Shown here: in pieces, positions 1 through 10,685 of the stretch
Layout of the letters: each line of letters opens with the position of its first letter
How positions within the stretch are numbered: the first letter of the stretch is position 1
Source: Fidelibacterota bacterium
GTDB taxonomy: Bacteria > Fidelibacterota > Marinisomatia > Marinisomatales > UBA1611
NCBI GenBank assembly: GCA_028338895.1
Contig: JAOLAV010000002.1
Span: 3,857 to 67,856, forward strand
Direction: 5' to 3'
Length of the DNA: 64,000 nucleotides
Translations under genes and position numbers: made by a program
The notes under the pieces: model-generated
Seen by the model: the letters and a program-made list of their open reading frames with translations, nothing else
Databases searched by the model: none
What the model was told of the DNA's origin: nothing

Positions 1-573
1 GCAAAAATAATATATCCAGAAACTGAGATATCTTCAAAAAAAAGCTTTATCAAAGTCCATATTTCAGAAAAAGATGAAAATATAATGGATGCTCTTGCAA
101 GAGGTGCTTCAGATGGCCTAAAATTAGCTGTTAATGTTGGAGCTATGCTGATTGCATTTGTATCAATAATTACAATGGTTAATTATATCTTTTCATTTTT
201 TTTTAGTTATACATTGCAAGAACTTATTGGATTAGTACTAAAACCCCTTGCTTGGACAATGGGTGTTCCATGGAGTGAAGCAAAAATAGTTGGTATTTTA
301 ATGGGTGAAAAAATTGTGTTAACAGAATTAATAGCGTACTCTAATTTGAGTGAAATTATTAAAAAAGAATTTATTTCTGAGCGAACTTCAATTATTGCAA
401 GTTATGCCCTCTGTGGATTTGCTAATTTTAGTTCTATTGGAATTCAATTAGGTGGTATTGGAGCAATGGCTCCAAAAAGAAAAAAAGATCTATCAAAAAT
501 TGCATTAAAAGCAATGATCGGAGGAGCTTTAGCATCATGGCTTACAGCGACTATTGCAGGGATATTAATTTAA
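1..573 (+). CDS. nupC: NupC/CNT-family nucleoside permease, C-terminal part (5' end outside the window)
   Basis: Frame 1 is open from base 1 with no stop before the ORF-track Met at 85. Blocks GLKLAVNVGAMLIAF and ALCGFANFSSIGIQLGGIGAMAPKR match remembered NupC C-terminal conservation. Confidence 0.8.
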   Translation, partial: AKIIYPETEISSKKSFIKVHISEKDENIMDALARGASDGLKLAVNVGAMLIAFVSIITMVNYIFSFFFSYTLQELIGLVLKPLAWTMGVPWSEAKIVGILMGEKIVLTELIAYSNLSEIIKKEFISERTSIIASYALCGFANFSSIGIQLGGIGAMAPKRKKDLSKIALKAMIGGALASWLTATIAGILI

Positions 574-588
574 AATGAGAGTCTTATT

Positions 589-1149
589 ATGAAATTATTA
601 ATCATGGGTCCTCCTGGTGTAGGAAAAGGGACACAAGCAACATTGTTGAAAGATCAGTTGAAAATTGTTCATCTCTCAACTGGTGATATTCTTAGATCAG
701 AAATTAAAAAAAAATCAAACATAGGCTTAAAAGCAAAAAGCTACATGGATGCTGGTAAACTAGTTCCAGATCAAGTATTATTAGATATTATTAATGATAG
801 AATAACAGAACGTGATTGTATAGAAGGATACCTCTTGGATGGATTTCCAAGAACATTAAATCAAGCGATTGGACTCGATAATATTATGTCTTCTATTCAC
901 CATTCTTTAGATAGCGCCATTAGCCTAGTAGCAGATAGTGATGAGCTAGTACAGCGTCTAATTAAAAGAGGAATCGATTCAGGCCGAAGTGATGATACAG
1001 ATGAAGTGATAAGAAATAGACAAAAAATATACTGGGAAGAAACAGCACCTCTTTTAGATTATTACAAGGAAAAAAACATTTTAAAAGAAGTGAATGGTAT
1101 TGGTGATATAAAAGAAATAACAAAAAGAATCTTAGAAAAAATAAAATAG
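589..1149 (+). CDS. adk: Adenylate kinase (short LID, no Cys4 zinc knuckle)
   Basis: P-loop GPPGVGKGTQ, LSTGDILR and DGFPRT motifs. Length 186 aa. Confidence 0.95.
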   Translation: MKLLIMGPPGVGKGTQATLLKDQLKIVHLSTGDILRSEIKKKSNIGLKAKSYMDAGKLVPDQVLLDIINDRITERDCIEGYLLDGFPRTLNQAIGLDNIMSSIHHSLDSAISLVADSDELVQRLIKRGIDSGRSDDTDEVIRNRQKIYWEETAPLLDYYKEKNILKEVNGIGDIKEITKRILEKIK

Positions 1150-1150
1150 T

Positions 1151-1744
1151 ATGTTAAAAATAGGTTTAACTGGTGGAATTGGTTCAGGAAAAAGTTCTGT
1201 TAGTCAGCATTTTAAAAAATGGGGTGCTCATATTTTTGATGCAGATACAGTTGCTAAAAATATATTGAATAATAATGAAATTGCTCAAAATGAAGTGATC
1301 TCCGAATTTGGGACAGATGTTTTAGGAGCCAATGGAAGAATAGATAAGTCTAAACTTTCACGAATAGTTTTTCAGGATGAAGATAACCAATTAACTCTCA
1401 ATACAATTATACACCCTTATGTTTTTACAGAGATTGATAAAGATTTTGACTTAACCCTCTCAAAGGGTGAAAATGATATTTTTGTAGTTGATGCCGCTCT
1501 AATATATGAATCTGGAGCAGATACTCATATGGACTATGTTATAGTTGTTACATCTCATCTTGGCTTAAGAGTTGAAAGAGTGTTAGCAAGAGGTGATCTG
1601 TCCAGAAATGAATTTTTGAAGAGAGTTGAACTACAATGGAGTGACGAAGAGAAAGTTCAAATGGCTGATTTTATTATTCTGAATAATAGTTCAGAGGATA
1701 ATTTATTAGAAGAAGCTAAAAAAACGTATGACTTATTATTATAA
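1151..1744 (+). CDS. coaE: Dephospho-CoA kinase
   Basis: N-terminal GLTGGIGSGKS P-loop, about 200 aa, typical CoaE layout. Starts 1 nt after the adk stop. Confidence 0.9.
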   Translation: MLKIGLTGGIGSGKSSVSQHFKKWGAHIFDADTVAKNILNNNEIAQNEVISEFGTDVLGANGRIDKSKLSRIVFQDEDNQLTLNTIIHPYVFTEIDKDFDLTLSKGENDIFVVDAALIYESGADTHMDYVIVVTSHLGLRVERVLARGDLSRNEFLKRVELQWSDEEKVQMADFIILNNSSEDNLLEEAKKTYDLLL

Positions 1745-1746
1745 TT

Positions 1747-2223
1747 TCACTTCTTTAATCCAAGTGGTTTGTCAAGAATAGCTTTCAAAATAAAAGCTCT
1801 TTTTAACATTCTGGGCGATTTAAATAATTCTTTTTTTAAATTAACACGCTTATTCCATTTTTTCCCCAAGTGTAATTCTTTTCGATCTGCTATTTTTGAA
1901 TGAAAAATATTTTCCTCAAAATCTTTTTTGCTATTAACAGGATTAGTTAAATCTAATTTTTCTTCATAAAGCTGATCTTTTTGCTCGGTTAGATTGTCCG
2001 TTTCAAATATTTCATCATTTATACTCGAGGATTCTGATTCAATATTTAAATTTTTCTTTTCCTTAAAAAGATTAGTTAAAAGATCATCAAAACCTACAGT
2101 CTCTTCTACCGAATTATCCCAGTCCGGATCAGATTCAAATTCACGTTTTTGCTGATCTTTTTTACGCTTATTTAAATAGCCAGATACTAGGTAAACAAGG
2201 AGGAGTCCAATACCTTCCCACAT
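1747..2223 (-). CDS. Hypothetical protein: one N-terminal TM helix followed by a highly charged K/E/D-rich tail
   Basis: ORF of 158 aa. Its ATG overlaps the upstream methyltransferase stop by 1 nt (TAATG at 2221-2225). No family recognised. Confidence 0.5.
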   Translation of the reverse strand: MWEGIGLLLVYLVSGYLNKRKKDQQKREFESDPDWDNSVEETVGFDDLLTNLFKEKKNLNIESESSSINDEIFETDNLTEQKDQLYEEKLDLTNPVNSKKDFEENIFHSKIADRKELHLGKKWNKRVNLKKELFKSPRMLKRAFILKAILDKPLGLKK

Positions 2224-3026
2224 TAGCTATTTGGCCTTTTTAAAAGAAATAATGCTCCATTACAAAATATTTCATCAAGAATGGGCAACCATCTAAATGG
2301 ATTTTTTATTTTTGGTAAACCAAACCTAAAAGAATAAGCCGGTCTAATAATCCAATTACTACTTTTAATAATTTTATATCCAATAATATCGAGTATAGAC
2401 TTCATTTCATTAATTGAGATTCTAGTTTTTTTAGTATCAATTAAATAAGTAATCTTTTTTTCTGTGCAACCAATCCATTTTAAATACTTAATATATAAAT
2501 TATTAGGCAATAAATGCAGATATGGAAGTTTGCCAAAAATATTAGCCACTGTTTGCTGATGGCCTGCATATGCACAATATCTAGGAGGGAAGGACATAAA
2601 TACCTTGCCTCCAGGATTCAATAATTTAAAGATATTTTCCAATGCGGATTTCTTGTCCATAATATGTTCAATTACATCTCTTATTACTATCAAATCATAT
2701 TTTTCATGTATTTTATTATCAAAAGACTTTAGGTTACAAATATCAGCTTGAAAAAGATCAAGAGAGTTCTCTTTATCTAATAGAACCGCATTTTTAAATC
2801 TGTCATCTGATAATTCTAACCCAGAACAAAAAGCTCCTTTTTTTTTGTAATACTTAAGTAAGCCAGCTTCAGCACATCCAATTTCTAAAATTCTTTTGCC
2901 ATTAAATTCAGTTTCTTCAATAAAATGACTCAAAACATTTTCAGCATACCATTCTTGCTCTCGATAGCATCTAATACACCTATCAGAAATTTGATTAGCT
3001 ATATCGTTTCGGATTGAATTCACCAT
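2223..3026 (-). CDS. Class I SAM-dependent methyltransferase
   Basis: Motif I ILEIGCAEAG, a later DLIVIRDVIEHI block and LNPGGKVF. Lies 25 nt downstream of floA on the same strand. Confidence 0.7.
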   Translation of the reverse strand: MVNSIRNDIANQISDRCIRCYREQEWYAENVLSHFIEETEFNGKRILEIGCAEAGLLKYYKKKGAFCSGLELSDDRFKNAVLLDKENSLDLFQADICNLKSFDNKIHEKYDLIVIRDVIEHIMDKKSALENIFKLLNPGGKVFMSFPPRYCAYAGHQQTVANIFGKLPYLHLLPNNLYIKYLKWIGCTEKKITYLIDTKKTRISINEMKSILDIIGYKIIKSSNWIIRPAYSFRFGLPKIKNPFRWLPILDEIFCNGALFLLKRPNS

Positions 3027-3051
3027 AATTAATGGTCTGTTAAATTAAATT

Positions 3052-4062
3052 TTAGCCTTCTTCAACTGGATTTTCTGTTGTTGAGCTTGATCCTGTATCA
3101 GAAATAGCATCTCTCATAATGGTATCAGATTTAATATTTTCCATTTTATAATAATCCATAATACCCATGTTACCATCTCTAAAGGCTTGAGCCATCGCTT
3201 TGGGGACTTCTGCTTCAGACTCAACTACTTTCGCTCTCATCTCTTGAGTCTTTGCTGTCATTTCTTGCTCTTCTGCTACAGCCATTGCTCTTCTTGTCTC
3301 TGCTTTTGCTTGAGCAACTCTTAGATCTGCTTCAGCCTGATCTGCTTGTAAAGAAGCTCCAATATTTTTGCCTACATCAAGATCTGCAATATCAATAGAT
3401 AATATTTCAAAAGCCGTACCAGCATCTAAACCCTTATCTAAAACAGCTCGGGAAATATTATCAGGGTTTTCTAAAACCTGGGAATAATTAATCGCCGATC
3501 CAATCGCAGAAACAATACCTTCTCCTACTCTTGCTATAATAGTTTCGTCAGTTGCACCACCAACAAGGCCTGGTATATTTGTTCTGACTGTCACTCTCGC
3601 TCTTGCTTTTAATTCAATTCCATCTTTGGCAACAGCCGCTAAGAAACCCTCTTTTGGAGCATTAATGACCTTTGGATAAACAGAAGTTTGAACAGCAACT
3701 AAAACATCTCTTCCAGCCAGATCAATTGCAGTTGCAGTTTCAAACTTTAATGGAATATCCGCTTTATCAGCTGCAATTAATGCAGAAACAATATTTTGCA
3801 CATTGCCTCCTGCCAAAAAATGCGTTTCAAGCATATCTGGTGAGATATTAGTTAAACCCGCTTGATAAAGATTAATTACTCCATCAGTAACTAATCTTGG
3901 AGAAATTTTTCTCAATCGCATTCTAATTAGATCAAGAATTCGGATTTTTCCTAAACCGAGTGAAACAATCCCTTGTATCCACATTCCAACAGGCACAAAA
4001 TAAAAAATAGTAAGTGTCGCAAAGACAAGTACTCCGAGCATAAACATTTGAATAACAGGCAT
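3052..4062 (-). CDS. floA: Flotillin-like protein FloA (UPF0365/YqfA, SPFH family)
   Basis: Near full-length resemblance to B. subtilis FloA as remembered ([57 protein letters not shown]). N-terminal membrane hairpin. Confidence 0.9.
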   Translation of the reverse strand: MPVIQMFMLGVLVFATLTIFYFVPVGMWIQGIVSLGLGKIRILDLIRMRLRKISPRLVTDGVINLYQAGLTNISPDMLETHFLAGGNVQNIVSALIAADKADIPLKFETATAIDLAGRDVLVAVQTSVYPKVINAPKEGFLAAVAKDGIELKARARVTVRTNIPGLVGGATDETIIARVGEGIVSAIGSAINYSQVLENPDNISRAVLDKGLDAGTAFEILSIDIADLDVGKNIGASLQADQAEADLRVAQAKAETRRAMAVAEEQEMTAKTQEMRAKVVESEAEVPKAMAQAFRDGNMGIMDYYKMENIKSDTIMRDAISDTGSSSTTENPVEEG

Positions 4063-4081
4063 AACTACTCCTTTGTTTTTT

Positions 4082-5422
4082 TTATAATTTTCTTACTAAA
4101 ATTCTATTTCCATCCGCAGATAATACTTTCACATCTTCACCTTTTTCTACAAAATCTCCTTCGCTAACAACAAAAACTCGCTTTCCTTTAATTTTCACCC
4201 AACCAGAAGGGTGTAAGTCCGTTTCTGATGATCCAACTTCACCTATAAAAGACTCCCAATCCAATAGATTCTTATCAACTCTCTCTTTTATTTGGTTTTC
4301 TGGTGAAGTTAGGTGTTTCCAAAAATTTGTTTTTAGAAGTACTCTTATTAATAAATAAAGTCCAATAACAGCACCAATTAAACCAATAAGAAATCCATCC
4401 ATTGCTTGTCCTAAAACCTCTTCTCCTACAGGAATATCAGGTATTAACAAAAGATAAAGCCCATATAGCATAACTCCAATTCCACTAATACCTACAATGC
4501 CAAAACCTGGGATTATAAAAGCCTCAAGCATAATTAATCCCAATCCAGTTATAATAAATAACATATCTGACATTGTCGCAAGTTGAGCAATATAAGATGC
4601 ACTTAGCGAAAGCACTAAGCATATGAGGCCAACAATCCCAGGAATACCCCAACCAGGACTTTGTAATTCAAATAATATACCTAAAAACCCAAAGGTAGTT
4701 AAAAGAGAGGCGACAACAGGATCAGTTAAAAATCGAACAATTTTTTCAGACCAATTTTCTCTATTCTCAATAATTTCTGATTCTGAATAACCTAAAACTT
4801 CAATTAATTCTGTAATTGTTCCTGCTTTACCATCTGCTATTTTATACTTTATAGCCTGTTCAGTCGTTAAAGAAATTAACTTCCCTTCTTTCCTACCCTC
4901 AATGTCATTAACTATTAGTGAGTCGCCATTTAGAAGAAGATGTGTAAACGTTAATTCCTCATCAACCATTCCCCTTGCTATTTCTTTACTTCTTCCTGTT
5001 TTTTCAGCGGTAGAAGCCATTTCCTCTCGCATAAAACTTATAACTTTTTCACTTCCTTTTTTACCTGACATATCAACCGCTGTAGCAGCTCCAATTAATC
5101 CACCTTCCGTCATATAAATTTTCTCACAAGATAAAGAAATTAATGCACCAGCCGAAATGGCACGGCGATTAATATAAGCGATAGTCATAACCTTAGAACT
5201 AAGAATAGCATCTTTAATTTGAGTTGCAGCATCAACACGACCACCAAAGGTATTTATATCAAAAATAATAGCTTTTGCATTATCAGATTCAGCTTGGGAT
5301 ATTACACGTTTGATAAAAGGAGGGAGCCCTAAATCAATAGTACCTTCTATTGGAACGGTATAAATAATTTCAGAGAATAGTGGAGATATGAAGACTAAAT
5401 AGAATAATAGTAGTTTTTTCAT
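4082..5422 (-). CDS. nfeD: Long-form NfeD membrane-bound ClpP-class serine protease (YqeZ-like)
   Basis: Signal/TM N-terminus, ClpP-like region ([22 protein letters not shown]), central multi-TM block and a C-terminal NfeD beta domain. Sits immediately upstream of floA, as in the B. subtilis yqeZ-floA pair. Confidence 0.85.
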   Translation of the reverse strand: MKKLLLFYLVFISPLFSEIIYTVPIEGTIDLGLPPFIKRVISQAESDNAKAIIFDINTFGGRVDAATQIKDAILSSKVMTIAYINRRAISAGALISLSCEKIYMTEGGLIGAATAVDMSGKKGSEKVISFMREEMASTAEKTGRSKEIARGMVDEELTFTHLLLNGDSLIVNDIEGRKEGKLISLTTEQAIKYKIADGKAGTITELIEVLGYSESEIIENRENWSEKIVRFLTDPVVASLLTTFGFLGILFELQSPGWGIPGIVGLICLVLSLSASYIAQLATMSDMLFIITGLGLIMLEAFIIPGFGIVGISGIGVMLYGLYLLLIPDIPVGEEVLGQAMDGFLIGLIGAVIGLYLLIRVLLKTNFWKHLTSPENQIKERVDKNLLDWESFIGEVGSSETDLHPSGWVKIKGKRVFVVSEGDFVEKGEDVKVLSADGNRILVRKL

Positions 5423-5507
5423 CTATCTAAATTTCACATATAAACACCTCTAGGAAAACAAAAATCGAATTTAAAAAGAGTTATTATAATTGTAATTTCT
5501 ATACTGT

Positions 5508-6362
5508 ATGAAACCTCTACATCAGCTTACATATTTATCTTTATTATTTTTAAATAAATTAATTTGTTCATTGTCCAAAAGGAGAAGGTATAAACTGTCA
5601 ATTTATATTAGCAAATTATTTTTTAATTTAATTCCTATTCGGAAAAATATAGCTAAAAAAAATATACAAAAAGCATTTCCTGAATGGACAGAAAATAAAA
5701 TAAATTTAGTTCTCAAAAATTCTTACAATTTTTTTTGTTACAACTTAATACAGTTTATTGGTTTTCCTAAAACACTGGAACAAGTAAAATTTATAGTTAA
5801 AGGCAAAAATATAATTGATCGTTATCTTCAAAATGGTAATGGAATTATAATGGTCACAGGGCACTACGGAGCATGGGAAATTCTTGGAAAATGGCTAGGT
5901 GAATATGCAAAGCTTTTTACTGGTATTGCATTTAAGCAAAAAAACTTAGGTGCACATCATTTTTTTATAGAACAGCGTGAATATTTCGGAACAAAGCATA
6001 TTTTTACACGCGAGCCATTAGAAAAAATGTATAATGTTTTAAAGAAAAATGGAATTTTAGGTATTGTCAGTGACCAAGATGCTGGAAAAAAAGGAATATT
6101 TGTTGATTTTTTTAAAACTCCAGCTTCAACTGCAAAAGGAGCGGCTTTATTCCATATAAATAGGGGATCACCTATAGTTGTCGCCGTTTGTATGAGAACT
6201 GGATTTGATCGATATAGAATAGAGTTTATTCCGATAGAAAATAATGGAAAAAATATACAAAGTATCACTCAATCATATACAAAAATACTTGAAGAATATA
6301 TAAAAATATACCCGGAACAATACTTTTGGTTTCATCGACGATGGAAAACTAATTTAAAATAA
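5508..6362 (+). CDS. lpxL: Lipid A biosynthesis late (lauroyl/myristoyl-type) acyltransferase, LpxL/HtrB family
   Basis: N-terminal TM. H-x4-E acyltransferase motif in GHYGAWE. C-terminal PEQYFWFHRRWK typical of the family. Length 284 aa. Confidence 0.75.
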   Translation: MKPLHQLTYLSLLFLNKLICSLSKRRRYKLSIYISKLFFNLIPIRKNIAKKNIQKAFPEWTENKINLVLKNSYNFFCYNLIQFIGFPKTLEQVKFIVKGKNIIDRYLQNGNGIIMVTGHYGAWEILGKWLGEYAKLFTGIAFKQKNLGAHHFFIEQREYFGTKHIFTREPLEKMYNVLKKNGILGIVSDQDAGKKGIFVDFFKTPASTAKGAALFHINRGSPIVVAVCMRTGFDRYRIEFIPIENNGKNIQSITQSYTKILEEYIKIYPEQYFWFHRRWKTNLK

Positions 6363-6364
6363 AT

Positions 6365-6934
6365 ATGATAAAAATAATGGAATGGACAGACAAGAGATCA
6401 CTTGAACACACTCTTGACATTCTACATAGTGGTGGAATAATAATTTATCCTACGGATACTTTATATGGTTTTGGATGTGATTCAAAAAATAAAGACTCAA
6501 TCCAAAGAATAAATCATTTAAAAAATCGAACTGGACCAATGAGCGTTATGGCCTCTTCAAAAAAAGTTGTTCAAACTTGGTTAAATGTAAAAGAAGAAGA
6601 AAAACTAGATATACTAAAAGTACTTGATGGAGGAACAACGATTATTGTTCCAATTCTTAAAGGTATTGTTTCTGAAGATATTTGTAGTTCAAATAATAAT
6701 TTAGGGATTAGAATTCCAAAACACTTATTTTGTAAAAAATTATCAGAAAATTTTCCTAACCCAATAGTAACAACTAGTGTAAACTTAACAAATATGCCCG
6801 CCATGACAGACCCTATTCTGATTAAAAATCAATTCTCGGGAAGTGTTGATCTCATCATCGAAGACGGTATTATTTCTGGCTCTGGTTCAAATATTCAATT
6901 ATACAAAAATGGAAAATGGAAAAAAATAAGATAA
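6365..6934 (+). CDS. tsaC: L-threonylcarbamoyladenylate synthase (YrdC/Sua5 domain only)
   Basis: YPTDTLYGFGCD motif and IRIPKH block. 189 aa single-domain form. Confidence 0.85.
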   Translation: MIKIMEWTDKRSLEHTLDILHSGGIIIYPTDTLYGFGCDSKNKDSIQRINHLKNRTGPMSVMASSKKVVQTWLNVKEEEKLDILKVLDGGTTIIVPILKGIVSEDICSSNNNLGIRIPKHLFCKKLSENFPNPIVTTSVNLTNMPAMTDPILIKNQFSGSVDLIIEDGIISGSGSNIQLYKNGKWKKIR

Positions 6935-7641
6935 AAAAGAATATTATTTTTTCACTAATACTGATTACATCTTTAGCATATTCAGCAAGTCCTTTTAAAG
7001 TTGGTGAAACACTCAATTATCAGGCTTACTTTTCAAGAATAAAAGCAGCCAAAGGAATTTTAAAAGTCCTAAATATTGAAAAGATTAATGATATAGAAGC
7101 ATATCATGTTCAGTTTAAAGCTCAAACAGAGGGTATTACAGATCGATTATTCCCTATCAATGATGTTATTGATTTATGGCTTAGTAAAGAGGGTTTGATT
7201 CCTTTACGAATAAAGTCAAATATAAAAGAAGGAAATTATAAAAAAAAAGAGGACTTACTTTTTTATCAAAGTAAAGAATATGCAATATCGGGTAACAAAA
7301 AAATTAAAATAAAACCCATTACTCATTCTCCATATTCACTTTTTTACTATTTCCGAGGCCAAGATATAGCCAAGCTTAAAGAGCGTGAAATCAATATAAT
7401 TCAGGGTCAAAAAGTCGAAAAATTACAATTAAAACTTGAACATAATATTCAAGTAAACGTTCCTGCGGGAAGTTTTATGTGTACGAAAGTTGAGCCATTA
7501 AGAAATGAAAATAAAAAATTTAAGAATGAAGGAAATATTCAAATATATTTTTCTGAAGATAAAAATAAATACCCTGTTAAAATAAAACTAAAATTAAAAT
7601 ATGGTTCTTTAGTTCTCAAACTAGAAAGAATTATTAGTTAA
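6916..7641 (+). CDS. Exported DUF3108-like protein
   Basis: Signal peptide, then a FKVGETLNYQAYF..IKAAKGILKV opening that resembles the DUF3108 beta-barrel family. The ATG overlaps the tsaC 3' end. Confidence 0.5.
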   Translation: MEKNKIKKNIIFSLILITSLAYSASPFKVGETLNYQAYFSRIKAAKGILKVLNIEKINDIEAYHVQFKAQTEGITDRLFPINDVIDLWLSKEGLIPLRIKSNIKEGNYKKKEDLLFYQSKEYAISGNKKIKIKPITHSPYSLFYYFRGQDIAKLKEREINIIQGQKVEKLQLKLEHNIQVNVPAGSFMCTKVEPLRNENKKFKNEGNIQIYFSEDKNKYPVKIKLKLKYGSLVLKLERIIS

Positions 7642-8803
7642 ATAACCTTGCAATATCTGAAAAGATTACAGTCACCATAAAAACAAGAAGAAAAGCTACT
7701 CCAATTTGCTGGACTACCATTCTTGTTTTAATATTAATGGGTCTTCTTATTATGCCTTCGACTAAATGTAAAAAAATATGCCCACCATCTAAACCTGGTA
7801 TAGGTAAAATATTTAGTAGCGCTAAATTGACACTTAATAGAGCCATAAATGTAAAAAATGGAATTAAACCCGCTTCCGCTGTTTGACCTGCTAATTGAGC
7901 AATCATTATTGGGCCTCCTAAATCAGAAACAGAAGCCGAGCCAGAGAATAACATATTTAAACTAGAAATAATTAGACCAAAACTAGAGAGAGTACGACTT
8001 ATACCAATAGATAATGATTTAGAGAATGATAAATCCTGGTAAGAAAAATATGGAGCAATACCTATTATACCTAATGTATCGATTCTACCATCTCTAGGAG
8101 CTAAGGTATAAGTGGTCTTTATATTAAAATCCTTAATTTTTCCATCTCTTTTTATTTTAATATTTATTTCTTTCTCAGGACGAGCATGAATTATTTTTGT
8201 CATATCTGACCATGTTGAAATCTCTAGGTTATTTATTTCAATAATTTGATCACCCGGTAATATTCCTGCTATTTTTGCTGGTCGGTCTTCTTGTAACTCT
8301 GCAACAATTGGTTCACTACTATATTTTGGTGTACCCTGTAGATATGCGATAGAAGAAAAGATAAAAAAAGCTAATAATGTATTCATAATAACGCCTGCAC
8401 TCAAAATCCATATTTTTGCCCATAATGGTTTAGACATAAATTCATGTTCTTGGTTATCAATAGTTGTATCCATGCTCTCATCTAACATCCCAGCCATTTT
8501 TACATATCCACCTAATGGAAGAAGAGCTATTACGTATTCTGTATTTGAACCAATCCTATTGTTCTTTTTAAATAGTGTTTCGTAAACAGGTGCCCATTTA
8601 AAAGCATTATTTACTCTTTTATAAAAAAATATTTTCAACATCCACCCATCATTAACAGATGTTATTGAAAAAACTCGGGGTGGTGCACCAATTGAGAATT
8701 TCTCAACATATACACCAACTGAACGGGCAGCAAAAAAGTGTCCAAGCTCATGGATAGTAACCAATACACCTATGATTATAATAAATGAAAATAATGTTGT
8801 CAT
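7634..8803 (-). CDS. rseP: Site-2 protease RseP (M50 zinc metalloprotease)
   Basis: HELGHF zinc motif near the N-terminus, a PDZ-like segment (PAKIAGILPGDQIIEINN) and C-terminal LNILPIPGLDGG. Confidence 0.9.
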   Translation of the reverse strand: MTTLFSFIIIIGVLVTIHELGHFFAARSVGVYVEKFSIGAPPRVFSITSVNDGWMLKIFFYKRVNNAFKWAPVYETLFKKNNRIGSNTEYVIALLPLGGYVKMAGMLDESMDTTIDNQEHEFMSKPLWAKIWILSAGVIMNTLLAFFIFSSIAYLQGTPKYSSEPIVAELQEDRPAKIAGILPGDQIIEINNLEISTWSDMTKIIHARPEKEINIKIKRDGKIKDFNIKTTYTLAPRDGRIDTLGIIGIAPYFSYQDLSFSKSLSIGISRTLSSFGLIISSLNMLFSGSASVSDLGGPIMIAQLAGQTAEAGLIPFFTFMALLSVNLALLNILPIPGLDGGHIFLHLVEGIIRRPINIKTRMVVQQIGVAFLLVFMVTVIFSDIARLFN

Positions 8804-8844
8804 TGTCTCTTTAAATTACTCAATTATAAATTGTTTTTCACAAC

Positions 8845-9993
8845 CTATGAAAAATTATTTACATGTTTTTTAACCCAAATATCTAATTTTTTAAGATCAT
8901 CTAATTTGGGGTTTTTAATCCAATTATGATTATCAAGCGAAGATAAATTTATTTTTGGTATATCAGTAAATTTAATTTCATTTTTTAAAAATCGATATAC
9001 CGCATAGTCATTTGCTAGATTTAAAGCCGCTCCTGATGTCCCTAAACGCTCTAGAGCATCAAATGCTAATTTTATGCACGGGAACCTTTCAAAATCAGGC
9101 TTTTCAAAAGTCAAATCTCCACAATCAAAAAAGTTAAGTCTCTCCCATGGTGCTTCTAAATGTCTTGGATAAGTAAATGCATATTGAATAGGAACTTTCA
9201 TATCTGGAACACCCATCTGTGACTTAATAGCGCCATCTTTAAGCTCAATCATTGAGTGTATAATTGATTGAGGGTGAATTACAATTTTAATTTTTTCAGG
9301 CTTAAATCCAAATAGCCAATAAGCTTCGATAACTTCTAACCCTTTATTCATCATCGTTGCGCTATCTATTGTTATTTTATTTCCCATTTCCCAATTTGGA
9401 TGTTTTAATGCTTGATCAAGTGTAATATCAGAAAAAGTTGAAATTTCTCGCTCCCTAAACGGGCCACCACTTCCAGTTAAAATTAGACCTCTAACATCAG
9501 CTAAATCTTCTCCAACTAAACATTGCCAAATAGCAGAATGCTCACTATCAACAGGAAATAGTTTTGAACCTGACTTTTTTAGAGCTGTTTGAATAAGATC
9601 CCCGGCCATAACTAGGCTTTCTTTATTTGAAAGAGCAACATCGACACTAGACTCTATAGCTCTTAAAGTTGGCTCCATACCTGCAGCTCCAACTAATGCA
9701 TTTAACATAATATCAACATCTTGCCTAGATGCAATTTCCAAAAGACCTTGCCGACCTTTTAGAACTTTTATCGAAGTTGATTTCATAGCATTAAGAACTT
9801 TATTATAAGCTAATTCATCAACTATACATATCGCTTCAGGATTAAAATAGATTGCTTGCTCAATTAATAAATCAGCGTTTCGAAAAGCCGTCAAATAAAT
9901 TATATCAAGCTCATCTTTTAGATGTGATACAACTTTTAATGCATTTATACCGATAGATCCTGTTGAACCGAGTATAGAAATTTTTTTACCCAT
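8845..9993 (-). CDS. dxr: 1-deoxy-D-xylulose 5-phosphate reductoisomerase
   Basis: ILGSTGSIG NADPH motif, PVDSEHSAI, and KHPNWEMGNKITIDSATMMNKGLE. Confidence 0.95.
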   Translation of the reverse strand: MGKKISILGSTGSIGINALKVVSHLKDELDIIYLTAFRNADLLIEQAIYFNPEAICIVDELAYNKVLNAMKSTSIKVLKGRQGLLEIASRQDVDIMLNALVGAAGMEPTLRAIESSVDVALSNKESLVMAGDLIQTALKKSGSKLFPVDSEHSAIWQCLVGEDLADVRGLILTGSGGPFREREISTFSDITLDQALKHPNWEMGNKITIDSATMMNKGLEVIEAYWLFGFKPEKIKIVIHPQSIIHSMIELKDGAIKSQMGVPDMKVPIQYAFTYPRHLEAPWERLNFFDCGDLTFEKPDFERFPCIKLAFDALERLGTSGAALNLANDYAVYRFLKNEIKFTDIPKINLSSLDNHNWIKNPKLDDLKKLDIWVKKHVNNFS

Positions 9994-10676
9994 TAAAATA
10001 ATTCCTTCTGCATTAAAAAAGTGTATATATTTAATTTGTTATTAATTCTTATACCTCCGCCTAAATTTATTTTATAAATAGAATATAAAACTTCTAATTC
10101 AAAAAAATTTATTTGCCCATCTGATACTGATTTAATTTTTTCTGACAATACGTTAATTTTACTTTTATAAAAAACTGAACCTATCCCATAACGAAAATTA
10201 AATAAGCTCCAATCAGTCCACCTCTTAAGTTCAAAGTTAAGGGAACTTAGTGTAAAATCTTTTAAGCCTTTTAAGTCTGTTCTCTGAATGACAAATATAG
10301 AAGTTAATGAATCTTCTTTCCCCCCAAAATATTGAATTCCAGCTCCTAAAACTTGAGGTGAGTCTTCTCCTGCTCTGAATCCGTAAATTTTAGATGTGAT
10401 TGCTAAATTTTTGGTCATTTTAACTGAGATATTTAAATTTGGATATTGCCAATTTTCATTGATTTTATTTTTATAAATGTTTGATAAACCGTACTGAATA
10501 AATACTTTACCATTATAAAGTGGATTAATTATAGGAGATTCAGATAAACAAAATGCTGAGTAAGATAAGGATCTATCTATACAATCTTGACAATCAATGT
10601 ATTGATTGAGTCTAAAATCAAGAGATTCAGATAAAAGGAGACTGGAAAAGATCCACACCTTTATTAAAATTTTCAT
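9993..10676 (-). CDS. Hypothetical small outer-membrane beta-barrel protein
   Basis: Signal peptide, alternating hydrophobic beta-strand pattern and a C-terminal aromatic residue (ends ...QKELF). No family recognised. Confidence 0.45.
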   Translation of the reverse strand: MKILIKVWIFSSLLLSESLDFRLNQYIDCQDCIDRSLSYSAFCLSESPIINPLYNGKVFIQYGLSNIYKNKINENWQYPNLNISVKMTKNLAITSKIYGFRAGEDSPQVLGAGIQYFGGKEDSLTSIFVIQRTDLKGLKDFTLSSLNFELKRWTDWSLFNFRYGIGSVFYKSKINVLSEKIKSVSDGQINFFELEVLYSIYKINLGGGIRINNKLNIYTFLMQKELF

Positions 10677-10685
10677 GGATCCAGA

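Noticed and set aside
5423-5507. A TATAAT hexamer (5485-5490) in the nfeD/lpxL divergent spacer, and similar AT-rich hexamers in other spacers, as candidate promoters.
   Set aside because: There is no acceptable -35 element at 16-19 nt spacing. In DNA this AT-rich, TATAAT-like hexamers occur by chance, so I do not report promoters without transcript data.
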